From Spirochaetia bacterium (GTDB lineage Bacteria; Spirochaetota; Spirochaetia; SZUA-6; Bin103): a DNA stretch of 64,000 nt. The stretch's first letter is position 1. The number at the start of each line of letters is the position of its first letter. The position numbers and the translations under genes were made by a program. The notes beneath the pieces are model-generated. The model had not been told where the DNA came from, did no database searches, and saw nothing but the letters and a program-made list of their open reading frames with translations. Positions 22,408-33,283 of the stretch are shown piece by piece. The stretch is taken from the NCBI GenBank assembly GCA_965198005.1, contig CBDAOI010000003.1, positions 32,001 through 96,000 of the forward strand. Reading direction: 5' to 3'.

Positions 22408-23268
22408 CTATGAAGTCGTGTACGGCTTCACTTTGAAGTGAATGATCTCCGTTACGTCGTCGGCCGTGCCGGTCTTATGTTCCGCTGTGAGCTCAAGCAC
22501 CACGGTGACGCTTGCCGGAGTCGGGATACGGCTAGCCGCAGCCGCGGGTAGAGTGATCACAATGCAGTCGTTGTCATTGCTATCGTTGTTATCTCCGTCG
22601 TAGTCCTCGGTATCATCGCAGTCTCCCAGACGTGGTACGGTCCCGTCAAGGTAGTGTTCACCCCCAAGGAGAACTGGCGCGGTGAAATTGGGGGGGTTCG
22701 CCGAGTCGTACTCCCTGTACGTCGAGAACTTGGGGTGGTCGGACAACTTGAACAAGATTGGGTCGATGGCCTCGGTACTCGCCCTGCTGGGAAGCACGTG
22801 GGGCTTATGGTAGCTTCCTAATGTACACGCGATCGGTACAATCGCAGTACCACCCGGTATCATTATCATACAATCGAGAAGCGGCGCCGTGACGGTTACC
22901 TTGACCGACACGGTGATCGTTTCGGTTCCATCGGACACCTGGAACGAGACCGTTGCCCTCTGCTGTCGGGTGGCCGGCGGGGCCGGAACGAGCGTCCCCG
23001 CGGTGATTATGATTTCCGTCGGGTTGGAGGCTTTATCGACGCCGATCGTCGCTACCGCGGCGTCGGTCGACGAGAAGTTGGAGAGCGTGAGCGAGTCGCT
23101 GTCCTTGTCCTTGATTACGGTCGTGATCTTGCCCTTCCATTCATCGCCCGAGTCAAGCGACACCGTTTTCGGCAGGTCCGCCATGGGCTTGGTGTTCTGG
23201 CCGCAGCTCACCAGCGCGAACACCAGAGCCCCGACCACAAGGCCCGCTTTCAAAATCTTGGGAGTCAT
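22408..23268 (-). CDS. Predicted lipoprotein (286 aa), beta-rich and Ig/cadherin-like
   Basis: Signal peptide MTPKILKAGLVVGALVFALVS-C; GGAGGGG RBS; T/V-rich strands; Cys-bounded D/N-rich loop. Confidence 0.75.
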   Translation of the reverse strand: MTPKILKAGLVVGALVFALVSCGQNTKPMADLPKTVSLDSGDEWKGKITTVIKDKDSDSLTLSNFSSTDAAVATIGVDKASNPTEIIITAGTLVPAPPATRQQRATVSFQVSDGTETITVSVKVTVTAPLLDCMIMIPGGTAIVPIACTLGSYHKPHVLPSRASTEAIDPILFKLSDHPKFSTYREYDSANPPNFTAPVLLGGEHYLDGTVPRLGDCDDTEDYDGDNNDSNDNDCIVITLPAAAASRIPTPASVTVVLELTAEHKTGTADDVTEIIHFKVKPYTTS

Positions 23269-23367
23269 GTTCCCCTCCTAAAGGTAGATTCAAGGTGATA
23301 CTACCCACTATCGCCGGCTTGGGCAAGTGCCTGCGGGGAAAAATCCGGGGCACCCCGCGGGGAGCGG

Positions 23368-23571
23368 CTACAGACGGACCAGCCAGCCGATCACGGTCGC
23401 GGCGTCGCGCTTGGTGAGCTCGTGCATCGGCACCGCGCGACCGAGCGCTGCCTTGGTGGCGATGGTGAGGTTAATTCTATTGCTGGCAAGCAATACCGTG
23501 ATGTAGGACCGCTGCCAGTCGCTGACGTGCCGGCGGCGCCTGCGCCACCATCCGGCCGGCGTGTGTTGCAT
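23368..23571 (-). CDS. Small hypothetical protein (67 aa)
   Basis: ATG after an AT-rich stretch; C-terminus ELTKRDAATVIGWL. Confidence 0.35.
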   Translation of the reverse strand: MQHTPAGWWRRRRRHVSDWQRSYITVLLASNRINLTIATKAALGRAVPMHELTKRDAATVIGWLVRL

Positions 23572-23688
23572 CTCTACTATATATAAGGTATCGGCCGGTG
23601 GGCGGGAATATTTCAGGCTTGTCTCTGTCCGGAACGGGCCGCGGCGCGCCCGGGGGCGCGTCCGGGGCATGGGGGCGCGCGCTCATGG

Positions 23689-24603
23689 TGCCACGGCGCC
23701 GGTTCCGGCAGCATCGCCAGCGGCGGCGACAGCTCCCGGTAGCGCCCCTCGCGGCTGAGCACGGTGCCTTTGGAGTGTTCGGGAGGGTCTGGGAGATGAG
23801 CGGGAGGGAGCCGGCGCGGCAGGACGTGCCGGCCGCGGTAGGGGCTGCGGGAGCAGTCGCGCCGCGAGGGGGCGCGGCTACGCCGGGACGTGGGCAGGCT
23901 GCAGCGGGAGCTGGAGACGCCACCTCGCCACGTTGGCCGGAGCGGATGATCTGATAGTCGAGCTCGCCGCCGGCGGCGGGCCCGCGATTCCGGGGCGGCT
24001 GGAACGCTCGCGCCGCCTATACGGGGAGGCTGCCGGCGTCGGCCCGGCGCGCGTGACCCCGGCCGCGGCGTCGATCCGCAGCCGCCGCGCTCAACAACTG
24101 CGGCAGGCCGGCATCTCGGTGTGTTCTGAATGCGCCTGCCGGCAGCCCTGCTCCATTTACCAGGTTCGGTTCGGCGGCGGTATGCCAAGCGAACCGCACG
24201 GCCGCGTGGCAAGGTAGAGCTTTCGTAGGGTAGGAGGGGGCAAATCGGAAATTACTTCCTTGGAGTTACGGCCCCACCGTCGTATCGATCCCCCTACGGC
24301 ACGACGCCGACCAGGGGGACCGCGCGGCCCATTTTACTCTCGCGCAATAAGGTTGCTCTTTGTCAGTGGCACGCCGCACTGCAACCACCGGGAGCCCTTG
24401 CGAGTAATCCTGTATATCCCTCTCGAAGGGCGCTCCACCAAATCAGCGCCCCGTAGATCCTGCAGGATATAACCGTGTCTCGCTAGTGTGTCGTATGGCA
24501 CCCCTGCAGATTTCGCCACTTGTTCGTAGATCGCCTTTCTCCTGCATGACTTGCCCTCTTTGAGCGCTTCTAGAGCGAACCGGCGCTTGTCCGTGCCGCT
24601 AAG
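23689..24603 (+). repeat. Composite scrap block, copy 1 (copy 2 at 31413-33410, interrupted by IS630)
   Basis: Same scrap order in both copies, including the nuclease C-terminus, esterase C-terminus and wHTH gene. Confidence 0.9.
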
Positions 24604-24615
24604 GGTGGTCGTCAC
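24334..24615 (-). CDS. Small winged-helix protein resembling the Mrr N-terminal domain
   Basis: LQDLRGADLVERPSRGIYRITRKG. Confidence 0.55.
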   Translation of the reverse strand: MTTTLSGTDKRRFALEALKEGKSCRRKAIYEQVAKSAGVPYDTLARHGYILQDLRGADLVERPSRGIYRITRKGSRWLQCGVPLTKSNLIARE

Positions 24616-24774
24616 GGTGCCCCGTCACCACCACGGCCATCAAACACGGACATTCCACCGTTGCTGCTACCCCCAGCCAGCCAACACCGCTCTCCATCGG
24701 AGCCCTCCGGGCCGTCGGCTGTTTCGGTGTGCGCCGATACGGTAATTGTCAACATAGGTCGGTTTTCGAGCCGC

Positions 24775-24960
24775 CACGGTCTCCAGGTTGGCGGCGCGGT
24801 AGCTGGTACCGGCGAAGCGGCCGGACTGCACGAAGGTCTCCAGCGGCACCGGCCGGTAGCCGTAGCGGGCCTGCCAGTCGTCGGGCAGCCGCGGCCTGAT
24901 GCGCGTCAGCATCGTGGAAGCGAGATTGCGCACCTGCACGCAGGGCAGGATCAGAAGCGG
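24775..24960 (-). pseudogene. DUF4338-family fragment (transposase-associated type)
   Basis: RFLILPCVQVRNLAS...LPDDWQARYGYRPVPLETFVQSGRFAGTSYRAAN. Confidence 0.7.
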
Positions 24961-24999
24961 GCGTTGGTCACCACCAGGTGCAGGCGCGCTTGGCGTTGG

Positions 25000-25400
25000 G
25001 TCGCGCGCGTCATCGAGCCGTCCGCATGGTCGAACCTGAGCACGACCGCACCGTCCCGCTTTGCCATCGACCGATATGAGGGGCCGGAGTACACCAGGTC
25101 CGGTTGGCCATACGCCTTGGCCAGTGCCCACAGCGACAGTCTCCGGCCGACCTCCTGCTTGTTCGTCGGGTGGACGTCGCCGACGTTGCCGACGTCGCGG
25201 TCACGGTGCCGGTATTCCGGATCAGGGCTGCCGTTTGGGCTTCCCGGATCTCGAGCGGATGGATCATCCCGTTGTACCGGGCGGTCGGCTGTGTCTCCTG
25301 CGCCGGCGGATGGGCGCTCGCCGGAATCGGCATGATGGGTCCGCCGCTCTCCAGCCGCCGCGCGCGTGCTGGCCACTCAGGCTGCTACCGACGCCAGCGT
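25000..25400 (-). pseudogene. Sialate O-acetylesterase scrap (deleted version of 43160-44135)
   Basis: GDVHPTNKQEVGRRLSLWALAKAYG...[11 protein letters not shown]. Confidence 0.75.
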
Positions 25401-26057
25401 CGCGGGCGGCTGCCAAACAGAGCATGCGGCCTGGCCTGGACGCGGCAGAGCGACCGCGTCAGGGTGGGTCGGACCAACCTGGAGGAGACCCTTCGATGAC
25501 TCGTGCGGTTGCTGGTGGCGTACGGCACCGGCGAGCTGGTCGACCCGACCACCACCCTGGAGCTGGTCAAGGAGTACTGGGAGGCGATCGGCCTCAAGGT
25601 GCGCTCAAGCCGCTGGAGCGCACCCTGATGATTCAGCGCCAGCCGTCGGCGGAGCACGGCATCATCGTCAGCCCGCTGTCCGACACCTCCGAGATCGCCG
25701 GCATGATGCAGCGGGCCGTGCACTTCCCGCCGCCCGGCAACACCGCGAGCGGGCCTACGACTGGGGCACCTGGCTGCGCGCCGACCGCGAGATCCGCCTC
25801 GGCAGCAACACGCCACCGCGTCGATCCACAGCCGCCGCGCCCAAGATGACCCGTGGCCCGTGGTGGTTCACCTGCCACCCGGCGTGATACCCCCGCCCTG
25901 AGTGTCGGTCAGGAACGGGTTGCGGTAGATAGCCTGGGGACAATCGAAGTCCTTACTACTTCCATCAAAGTCAGCTCTTGTCCATGTATTGCTAACATGA
26001 GGCGCCAGGCTCCGTGGCACGACCGAACCGCAGGGACCTCCCCATGAGGGAAGCGGA

Positions 26058-29000
26058 TTACATGTGCTGCACGTCCACTACAACGACCGAGATCTTGCGC
26101 CGTTCGTCTTCCGAGAGGGTCGCCTCGAGGCGCATCTGCAATTCCTCCGATCCAGAGGGAGGCGCACCGGTTGGCGGCGGCGGCATGTGGTCTTTCCCGA
26201 ACCAGAACACCAAGTAGATGCCGTAGCCGCCCGTGGCCGGGGCACTTGCGTACTTTGCGACCAGCTGATTCCTTGCAGCGCTCCATAGATAACGGTGCCG
26301 GTTTTTCTTGATCTCCACCGGAACTTCGAAATCCTGGAATGCAACACGAATGTCGGCCCGCTTGTCATTGGCGTACTGTCCTTCCGGCTGTGCATCAACG
26401 CCTGCGGGAAGACGTTGACGCAGATCGGACAACAAAGCGTCACGACAGTGGTCCTCGTGCTTGGGAGTGGGGTCCCGTTCTGGTGGTTCGCTCCAGAACT
26501 GGCGCCAGTCATCCGTATTGCCGGTGCGGATCCGTCTCGCCAGCTCGACAAGCCGGTCGGTAAGCAGCGCTGCCAAGTCGCCGGCATTGGCAGGAGTTCC
26601 TGCCTTCAGCGTGCGGCACACCTGCTCGACTGAGGGATGCTGGTAGGTGGCGTCGCGGTGGATCACCCGCTGACGGTCCACGGCGTCTTGCAGCGAACGG
26701 CGCCATTCGTCCAACGCCGGCTCCGCAGCGAGCCGTCCGAGAGCGTCGCTGGTGTCTTGATCGGGGCGGTCGGCAAGCGTACGTATCATCCGACGAACGC
26801 AGTCGGCAGCACCCTCGCGTGCAGACTCATTTTGATTGGCGACAAACCCCTCGGTCTCCAACGCGTTCCACGGCGCGACCCGGCGTGCGAGCAAGTCGAC
26901 AAACGTCTCCAGCGTCGCCGTGGGCAGGTCGTCGAGTTGGGGGCCGGTCCGCAACAGAAATGCCGCAAGTTGCGAAACACGCAGTTCCTGCTCTGCAACG
27001 AACTCGCGCAAGCGGTTGAGGCAGGTATTCGGAGCCGCGACAACCTCGGCGGCCAGCCAGCGTACACGCTGTGCCGCACTCATGCTCACGCGTGACAGCT
27101 TGCCAGCTATCAATGCCAGGAGCGCTGTGCGGTCCGCACGGAGCAGTGCCGCAATGAGAAGTTCGTCGAGCATTGCGATTGCCTGCCGCTGGGCGGTGCG
27201 CAACGGAAAAGCACTCAGAAGAGGAAGTACGGCCTGACCGGCTATAGGGGTATAGTCCCCGACGCCGAGTTCGTAGGCAATCGTGGAGTCGTATGTGCCG
27301 TTGCGCATCTTGGCGGAGACGCACTGCACGAGGATCTCGCCCGCGACTGTGGCGTTTGCGTCGAGTAGCCGTCGCGCGCGAATCCGGGCATTCTCCTCGA
27401 ACGTACAGAAATGGAACGCGAATGCCTTACGCAACTGCTCGTCGCTCAGTTTCCGCAGATCGTCCAGTTCATCGATACCTACGAGGACAGGCAGGGCGAT
27501 GAGATAGTCTTCATTTGACCCTAATAGGCCGATGATCTCTTCGACTTCGGGGACATCTTCCCGGAACGGCGCACCACGCATGCCGGCGAGAGCAGCGTCG
27601 ACCAGAGGTGTTTCGTCGTCGAAGAGCTCCTTCATGCGCTTCTCGGCATCGGCTCCGTTTACGTCGGAAAAGAGTCCCAAGTATGCCTTGCTGAGCTCAT
27701 GGAGCAACCTGGGATGACACCGATCGTCATGCAATGCGTTCGCCTCAGATCGAACGAGAGCAACGAAACTCCGCCGCCTGCTTTCACGCTCCTGCGTATA
27801 GCTTTGCCGGCGGCCGTAACTACTCCAGTGATCCTCTGACAAGCGATGGACGCGCCACTTTTCCCAAATACCTCGCAACAACTCACTGGTCCGGGCACCC
27901 ATCACCAGATCTTCAATGGACACACCTTGATCGCCATCCTGCATCGCCGCCGAGTGGCACGACTGCGTGAAGTAGAAATCGGCTGTCCTGAAGTCCGTCG
28001 CGTCTGCGGCCTGTTTGAGACACCAGTGTCCGAAGTCAGCCGGGGGACTGGAGTGATACAACAACTCACGGATGTTCAATTCCATCGGCATCTCTGGAGA
28101 CCCGTTGACGTACTCCGTGACGATCTCCTTCTGGATCTCGGGGCGCTGTTCAAGCCAAATGCGAATGCGTCGATACGCTTCTCCGGAAGGGTGCATACTT
28201 CGAAACGGATCTACGTGCAGCCAATCGAAGAGCCGCCTCGTCGTGAGTGAGTCACCCCACACTTCGATGCCGCGTGCCAGGAGAGCCACCGGTACATCCT
28301 TCAGGTGACGGTTTTCCAGGACGGATTTCAGACTCTCACTTCTGGTCACCAACTCGTCAAGAAGTTGCGCGACGTGCGCGTCCGAGGAGTTCGCGGCCAG
28401 ATCGGATCTCCAGAAGTGACGATACTCGGCCGCATATTGATTCGCCGACTCCGTCAGATGGTCCCAGATCTTCGACGGCGGGATCTGGTGAGGGTACAGA
28501 TGGCTCAATGCCACGGCGGTGAGCTGATCCTGCCAGTCCGTAACGTTGTCCGCGGCGATATCTACGAGAAGTTGCTCCAGCTTCCGTTGTGCAACGTCGC
28601 GATCTCGGCAGTTGTGGATGTACGCCTTCAAGGCCATCTTCGGGTATTGTGCCCAGCGATTTTCCCCATATACGATGCAAATCAGACTATCGGCGAGACT
28701 TGGGAGCGGCTCACCGTGCGCAAGGGCGACCAAGACCAACGCGACAAGCGTCGGTGGCTGCTCGTTGCGAGAATCCAGGATCGCCTGGAGTTGGCGCTCC
28801 ATGCCGGGAGTAGCGACGGCCCCGAGAGTCGAGGCCGTCCAACTTACCGAGTTGAGCCGGGATGCCTCCCGTCCAAGTGCCTCAAGCAGGTTCTGCTTTT
28901 CCCCCGGCGAGAATCCCTGCACATCACCGTAGGATACGACGCCGATCGGATCCCGCCTAATAAGCTCGAGTCGAGCGTCTTCACATAACGCCGCCAGCCA

Positions 29001-30071
29001 AGCGGACAAGCCGCGCAGCGTGGTAACCACGACGCCATCTTCGCCGGTCAGCAAAGAGATGACACGCCTTGCCGGAAGACCATCGCCGATGACGCGGGCG
29101 AGATGCTTCGCGCCGATGAACTCGGCGATATGGCGATGAACAGGGACAAACCGGGAGGGAGGCTCGGCCGTAAACAGCCCCGTCGCGAGCGCCGGACGCA
29201 GGAGGTGAGGGTCGTACTGACAATCGCCCAGTTCAACGTAGTCGCCATTTGCGCGAGCCTGGCTCAATGCGAAGCCCGCCGCCCCGGACGTGAGAGAAAT
29301 CGCGCACAAGCGCCCGGCGGCATCCACAAGATCGGATGGGTGCGGCTGAGGTTCAGCTAGGTTCCGATCTTCGTTGTGCTCCGTGGCCAGAAGCAAGCCG
29401 GCCCGTTCAAATAGCTCACGGCGGCTCGCCGGCCAATTCTCCTCCTGCCCCTCCTCGCCGATGCCAACTACGTCCGCAAGCAGGAGCAGGCTCTGAGGGT
29501 TTTCAAGCAACCCTTCGACTCCGCGTTCCCCCGCTTGGCCGATGAATGCGCGAGCTCCCTCGGCATCCGTCCGGTGATCCAGGATTCGTTCAACGTCGGC
29601 GGGCGTCAGAGGATCAAGACGGAGCATCGCCACCTGAGTGTTCTGAGGCGCCACCGATGCCAGATTCTTGCGATCGTTCTCACCGAGCCAGTCCGCTGCC
29701 CGGCACGATAAGCGGAAGCGTGGCTTGCCCAGCTTGTCGAGGCGGCGGCGGATCTCATCGAACGGGGTCCTTGCGTCGGACGACCCGGCTCGCACCTCAT
29801 CGAGCCCATCGATGAAGAGGGTCTTGTCGCGCCATTCGGGATGGTCGTCCGGGTCAAACGTTGTGAAGTCGCGGGCGGTAATACGCAGCACTTGATCGCC
29901 GTGCGCCTTGCATTCGGTAGCGAACGCGGTAGTCTTGCCGGCGCCGGGGTCTCCAAGGAGCACGTACGCCGCACCGTCCCGATACTCCTTCAACGGCCGC
30001 GAATCCGGCGGGCGCCGCCGATCGTCAGCGGCAGGACGAATCTCGGTGCACGTGCGATCGACCAGACTCAT
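26058..30071 (-). CDS. NACHT/STAND-type NTPase with long helical region and C-terminal PD-(D/E)xK nuclease (1337 aa)
   Basis: Walker A LLGDPGAGKTT, Walker B LFIDGLDE, LSCR, NPQSLLLL, HRHIAEFIGA; C-terminal KHEDHCRD...RADIRV...VPVEIKK...QLVAKY; ATGA overlap with the upstream gene. Confidence 0.8.
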   Translation of the reverse strand: MSLVDRTCTEIRPAADDRRRPPDSRPLKEYRDGAAYVLLGDPGAGKTTAFATECKAHGDQVLRITARDFTTFDPDDHPEWRDKTLFIDGLDEVRAGSSDARTPFDEIRRRLDKLGKPRFRLSCRAADWLGENDRKNLASVAPQNTQVAMLRLDPLTPADVERILDHRTDAEGARAFIGQAGERGVEGLLENPQSLLLLADVVGIGEEGQEENWPASRRELFERAGLLLATEHNEDRNLAEPQPHPSDLVDAAGRLCAISLTSGAAGFALSQARANGDYVELGDCQYDPHLLRPALATGLFTAEPPSRFVPVHRHIAEFIGAKHLARVIGDGLPARRVISLLTGEDGVVVTTLRGLSAWLAALCEDARLELIRRDPIGVVSYGDVQGFSPGEKQNLLEALGREASRLNSVSWTASTLGAVATPGMERQLQAILDSRNEQPPTLVALVLVALAHGEPLPSLADSLICIVYGENRWAQYPKMALKAYIHNCRDRDVAQRKLEQLLVDIAADNVTDWQDQLTAVALSHLYPHQIPPSKIWDHLTESANQYAAEYRHFWRSDLAANSSDAHVAQLLDELVTRSESLKSVLENRHLKDVPVALLARGIEVWGDSLTTRRLFDWLHVDPFRSMHPSGEAYRRIRIWLEQRPEIQKEIVTEYVNGSPEMPMELNIRELLYHSSPPADFGHWCLKQAADATDFRTADFYFTQSCHSAAMQDGDQGVSIEDLVMGARTSELLRGIWEKWRVHRLSEDHWSSYGRRQSYTQERESRRRSFVALVRSEANALHDDRCHPRLLHELSKAYLGLFSDVNGADAEKRMKELFDDETPLVDAALAGMRGAPFREDVPEVEEIIGLLGSNEDYLIALPVLVGIDELDDLRKLSDEQLRKAFAFHFCTFEENARIRARRLLDANATVAGEILVQCVSAKMRNGTYDSTIAYELGVGDYTPIAGQAVLPLLSAFPLRTAQRQAIAMLDELLIAALLRADRTALLALIAGKLSRVSMSAAQRVRWLAAEVVAAPNTCLNRLREFVAEQELRVSQLAAFLLRTGPQLDDLPTATLETFVDLLARRVAPWNALETEGFVANQNESAREGAADCVRRMIRTLADRPDQDTSDALGRLAAEPALDEWRRSLQDAVDRQRVIHRDATYQHPSVEQVCRTLKAGTPANAGDLAALLTDRLVELARRIRTGNTDDWRQFWSEPPERDPTPKHEDHCRDALLSDLRQRLPAGVDAQPEGQYANDKRADIRVAFQDFEVPVEIKKNRHRYLWSAARNQLVAKYASAPATGGYGIYLVFWFGKDHMPPPPTGAPPSGSEELQMRLEATLSEDERRKISVVVVDVQHM

Positions 30072-31342
30072 GCTTCCTCGAACCACGTGGCCGCCGGCGC
30101 CGTGAGGAACTCGTTGAGCGGGACACCACCAGCCCCCACGAGCAACGAACGCAGGCCTGCAGACCCGCCGAACCGTTTCGCAAACGCATCCAGCCCCCGC
30201 GTATCGGAGCGGCGCGCGGGCCCGCTCTTGACTTCGATGGCGACCAGCTGGTGACCGCGTTGCAGGACGAAATCGACCTCAGTTTGACTGTCCCGCCAGT
30301 AGCGCACGCGAATGTTGCGAGCCGCGGTGTTGTGGAGGTGGGCGCCCACGGCGCTTTCCACGATGCGCCCCCAGAACGTACGGTCCGCCTGTGCGGCCGC
30401 GAAGGAATAGCCCGAGTCGGCGGTCATCAGCGCCGTGTTGAGGACGTTTAGCTTCGGGCTCGATGCCCGAAGTCTGACGGCGCTGCCCGCGTAGTTCTGC
30501 AGCCCGGCGATCAGACCGGCGCTCCCCAGGAGCTCGAGGTAGCGTGCCAACGTAGTCGTGTTGCCGGCGTCCCAGAGCTGGCCGAGCATCTTGGTGTAGG
30601 AGAGCACCTGTCCCGAGTGGGCCGCGGCCAATTCAACCAGCCGTTTCAGAAGTACCGGCTTGTCGACCCGGGTCAGCGCGAGAAGGTCGCGCTCGACGGT
30701 CGGCTCGACGATCCCGCCAAGCACGTAGTTGCGCCACCGCTCCTCGTTCCGTACGAGGCTCGCGGCGCCCGGATAGCCGCCGAAGTAGAGATAGGTCGGT
30801 AGGTCGAAGCCGAATGCCGCGGCCATTTCGGCGAACGACCAATGTGCCACGCGGATCGGCTCGAACCGCCCGGTCAGGCTCTCACTCAGCCCCTGCTGCA
30901 TCAACAAAGGCGCAGAACCAAGGATCACCACGCGCAACGGGCAGCCCCTGGCGCGGTCGGCATCCCACAAGCCCTTGACCGTTTCGGACCATCCCGGAAT
31001 CTTCTGCACTTCGTCGATCACCAGGATACCGCCATCGGGCGCCCGCTCCGCGGCAAGTCGTGCCGATTCCCAGTTCCGCACCAACCATCGGGGGTCGCGG
31101 CGGTCGGGCGGCACTTGCGGCCCTACCGAAATGTCGCCGGCCGCCAGGTCCTCATCTCCGAGTCCGCCGGGATCGGGTTTATCGACTGCCAAATAACGGC
31201 TTGCTGCCTCGGTGCGGCGTAGCGCCTCACGCGCGATGGTCGACTTCCCCGTCTGGCGCGGCCCGAACAGTGCGATGATCCTCTCCGGCGTCTCGCGCAG
31301 GCGGGCGCTCAGCGTGTCCAGTTGAGCGCGATGGTAAGCCAC
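30068..31342 (-). CDS. AAA_14/DUF4143-type ATPase with C-terminal PD-(D/E)xK-like tail
   Basis: GPRQTGKST, IDEVQK, LGSA, ESLTGRF, GGYPG, YWRDSQTEVDFVL...AIEVKSG; GTG start at 31342 is my estimate. Confidence 0.85.
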   Translation of the reverse strand: MAYHRAQLDTLSARLRETPERIIALFGPRQTGKSTIAREALRRTEAASRYLAVDKPDPGGLGDEDLAAGDISVGPQVPPDRRDPRWLVRNWESARLAAERAPDGGILVIDEVQKIPGWSETVKGLWDADRARGCPLRVVILGSAPLLMQQGLSESLTGRFEPIRVAHWSFAEMAAAFGFDLPTYLYFGGYPGAASLVRNEERWRNYVLGGIVEPTVERDLLALTRVDKPVLLKRLVELAAAHSGQVLSYTKMLGQLWDAGNTTTLARYLELLGSAGLIAGLQNYAGSAVRLRASSPKLNVLNTALMTADSGYSFAAAQADRTFWGRIVESAVGAHLHNTAARNIRVRYWRDSQTEVDFVLQRGHQLVAIEVKSGPARRSDTRGLDAFAKRFGGSAGLRSLLVGAGGVPLNEFLTAPAATWFEEA

Positions 31343-32122
31343 AATCGTCAATGTCTGATATTGAGTAAACACAGTCAAGGTAGGCACATTGGCAGCAATG
31401 CTCAATATGGAGCGCCACGGCGCCGGTCCCGGCAGCATCGCCAGCGGCGGCGACAGCTCCCGGTAGCGCCCCGCGCGGCTGAGCACGGAGTGGCGCCGCG
31501 AGGGGGCGCGGCTGCGCCGGGACGTGGGCAGGCTGCAGCGGGAGCCGGAGACGCCACCTCGCCACGTTGGCCGGAGCGGATGATCTGATGGTCGATCCCG
31601 CCGGCGTCGGGCCTGCCATTCCGGGGCGGCTGGAACGTCGCGCCGCCTGTACGAGGAGGCTGCCGGCGTCGTCCCGGCGGGCGTGACCCCGGCCGCCGCG
31701 TCGATCCGCAGCCGCCGCGCTCAACAACTGCGGCAGGCCGGCATCTGGGTGTGTTCTGAATGCGCCTGCCGGCAGCCCGGCTCCATTTACCAGGTTCGGT
31801 TCGGCGGCCGTATGCCAGGCGAACCGCACGGCCGCGTGGCAAGGTAGAGCTTTCGTAGCGTATACGAGGGCGAATGGGAAATACTTCCTTGGAGTTACGG
31901 CCCCCCCGTCGTATCGATCCCCCTACGGCACGACGCCGACCAGGGGGACCGCGTGGCCCATTTTACTCTCGCCCAATCGCCCAATAAGGTTGCTCTTTGT
32001 CAGTGGCACGCCGGATTGCAGCCACCCGGAGCCCTCGGGAGTAATCCTGTATATCCCTCTCGAAGGGCGCTCCACCAAACCAGCGCCCCGTAGATCCTGC
32101 AGGATATAACCGTGACCCGCTA

Positions 32123-33280
32123 GTGTCCTGTGTCGAAAGTGCTTGAGCAGTAGATTCGGGTTGTGATACGGTCTGCCGTAGACAGGAGGCGGGCTATGGC
32201 AAACCACTATACGAGAGAGCTTCCCGAATTGTCGCAGGAGCAGGAGCAGGAGTTGCAACGCTGGCTGCGTCGCAAGAAGACAGCGCAGGCGCTGGCCCTG
32301 CGGGCGCGGATCGTGCTGGAGAGTGCCAGCGGCAAGAGCGACCAAGCGGTGGCGAGCGAGCTGGGCACGACGCGCGCCACGGTCGGCAAGTGGAGGAAGC
32401 GGTTCCTGTCCGACGGCTGCGATGGGTTACTGGACGAACCGCGTCCGGGAGCGCCGCGCACGGTCTCGGACGAGGACGTGGAGCGGGTCGTGACGCGCAC
32501 ACTGGAGACGCTGCCACGGGGGGCGACGCAGTGGAGCACGCGGTCGATGGCCAAGGGGTGCGGGCTGAGCTTCGCGACGGTGGGGCGCATTTGGCGTGCG
32601 TTCGGCTTGAAGCCGCACCGCAGCGAGACGTTCAAGCTGTCGACAGACCCCTTGTTCATCGAGAAAGTACGCGACATCGTGGGGCTGTACCTGCATCCGC
32701 CGAAACGAGCGGTGGTGCTGTGCGTGGACGAGAAGTCGCAGATCCAGGCGCTGGAGCGCACCCAGCCGGTGCTGCCGCTACGACCGGGGTGCCGTGGCGG
32801 CAGACGCACGACTACCATCGGAACGGAACGACCTCTCTGTTCGCGGCCTTGAACGCCGCGACCGGGAAGGTGATCGGCAAGTGCTACCGGCGGCATCGCT
32901 CGGTGGAGTTCAAGAAGTTCCTGCGGATCATCGACCAGGCGGTGCCGGCGGAACTGGATGTACACTTGGTGCTGGACAATTACGGAACGCACAAGACAGC
33001 GATGATCCATAACTGGCTGGCACGCCGGCCGCGGTATCACTTGCACTTCACGCCCACGAGTTCCTCGTGGATCAACCAGGTGGAGCGCTGGTTCGCGGAG
33101 ATCACGCAGAAGAGGATTCGGCGCGGCTCGTTTCCCAGCACGCAGGCACTTGAGCAGGCGATCAGGGAGTACTTGGCGGTGTACGATGAGGATCCGAAGC
33201 CGTTCGTTTGGACGAAACGTGCTGACCAGATACTCAAGTCACTGAAAATCTACTGTCAAGACATTTCTGACACGGGACAC
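32123..33280 (+). mobile_element. Complete IS630-family element with TA target duplication at a CTAG site
   Basis: IRs gtgtcctgtgtcgaaa / tttctgacacgggacac; TA at 32121-32122 and 33281-33282; empty site cgctagtgtgtcg at ~24481. Confidence 0.92.
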
Positions 33281-33283
33281 TAG
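32196..33283 (+). CDS. IS630 transposase, split by a -1 frameshift near 32788
   Basis: HTH ORF to [10 protein letters not shown] continues in the -1 frame as [11 protein letters not shown]...LDNYGTHK...[11 protein letters not shown]; the stop codon uses the target TAG. Confidence 0.85.

Noticed and set aside
31343-31486. N-terminal extension of the AAA ATPase
   Set aside because: It runs into the duplicated scrap block and has no plausible start context
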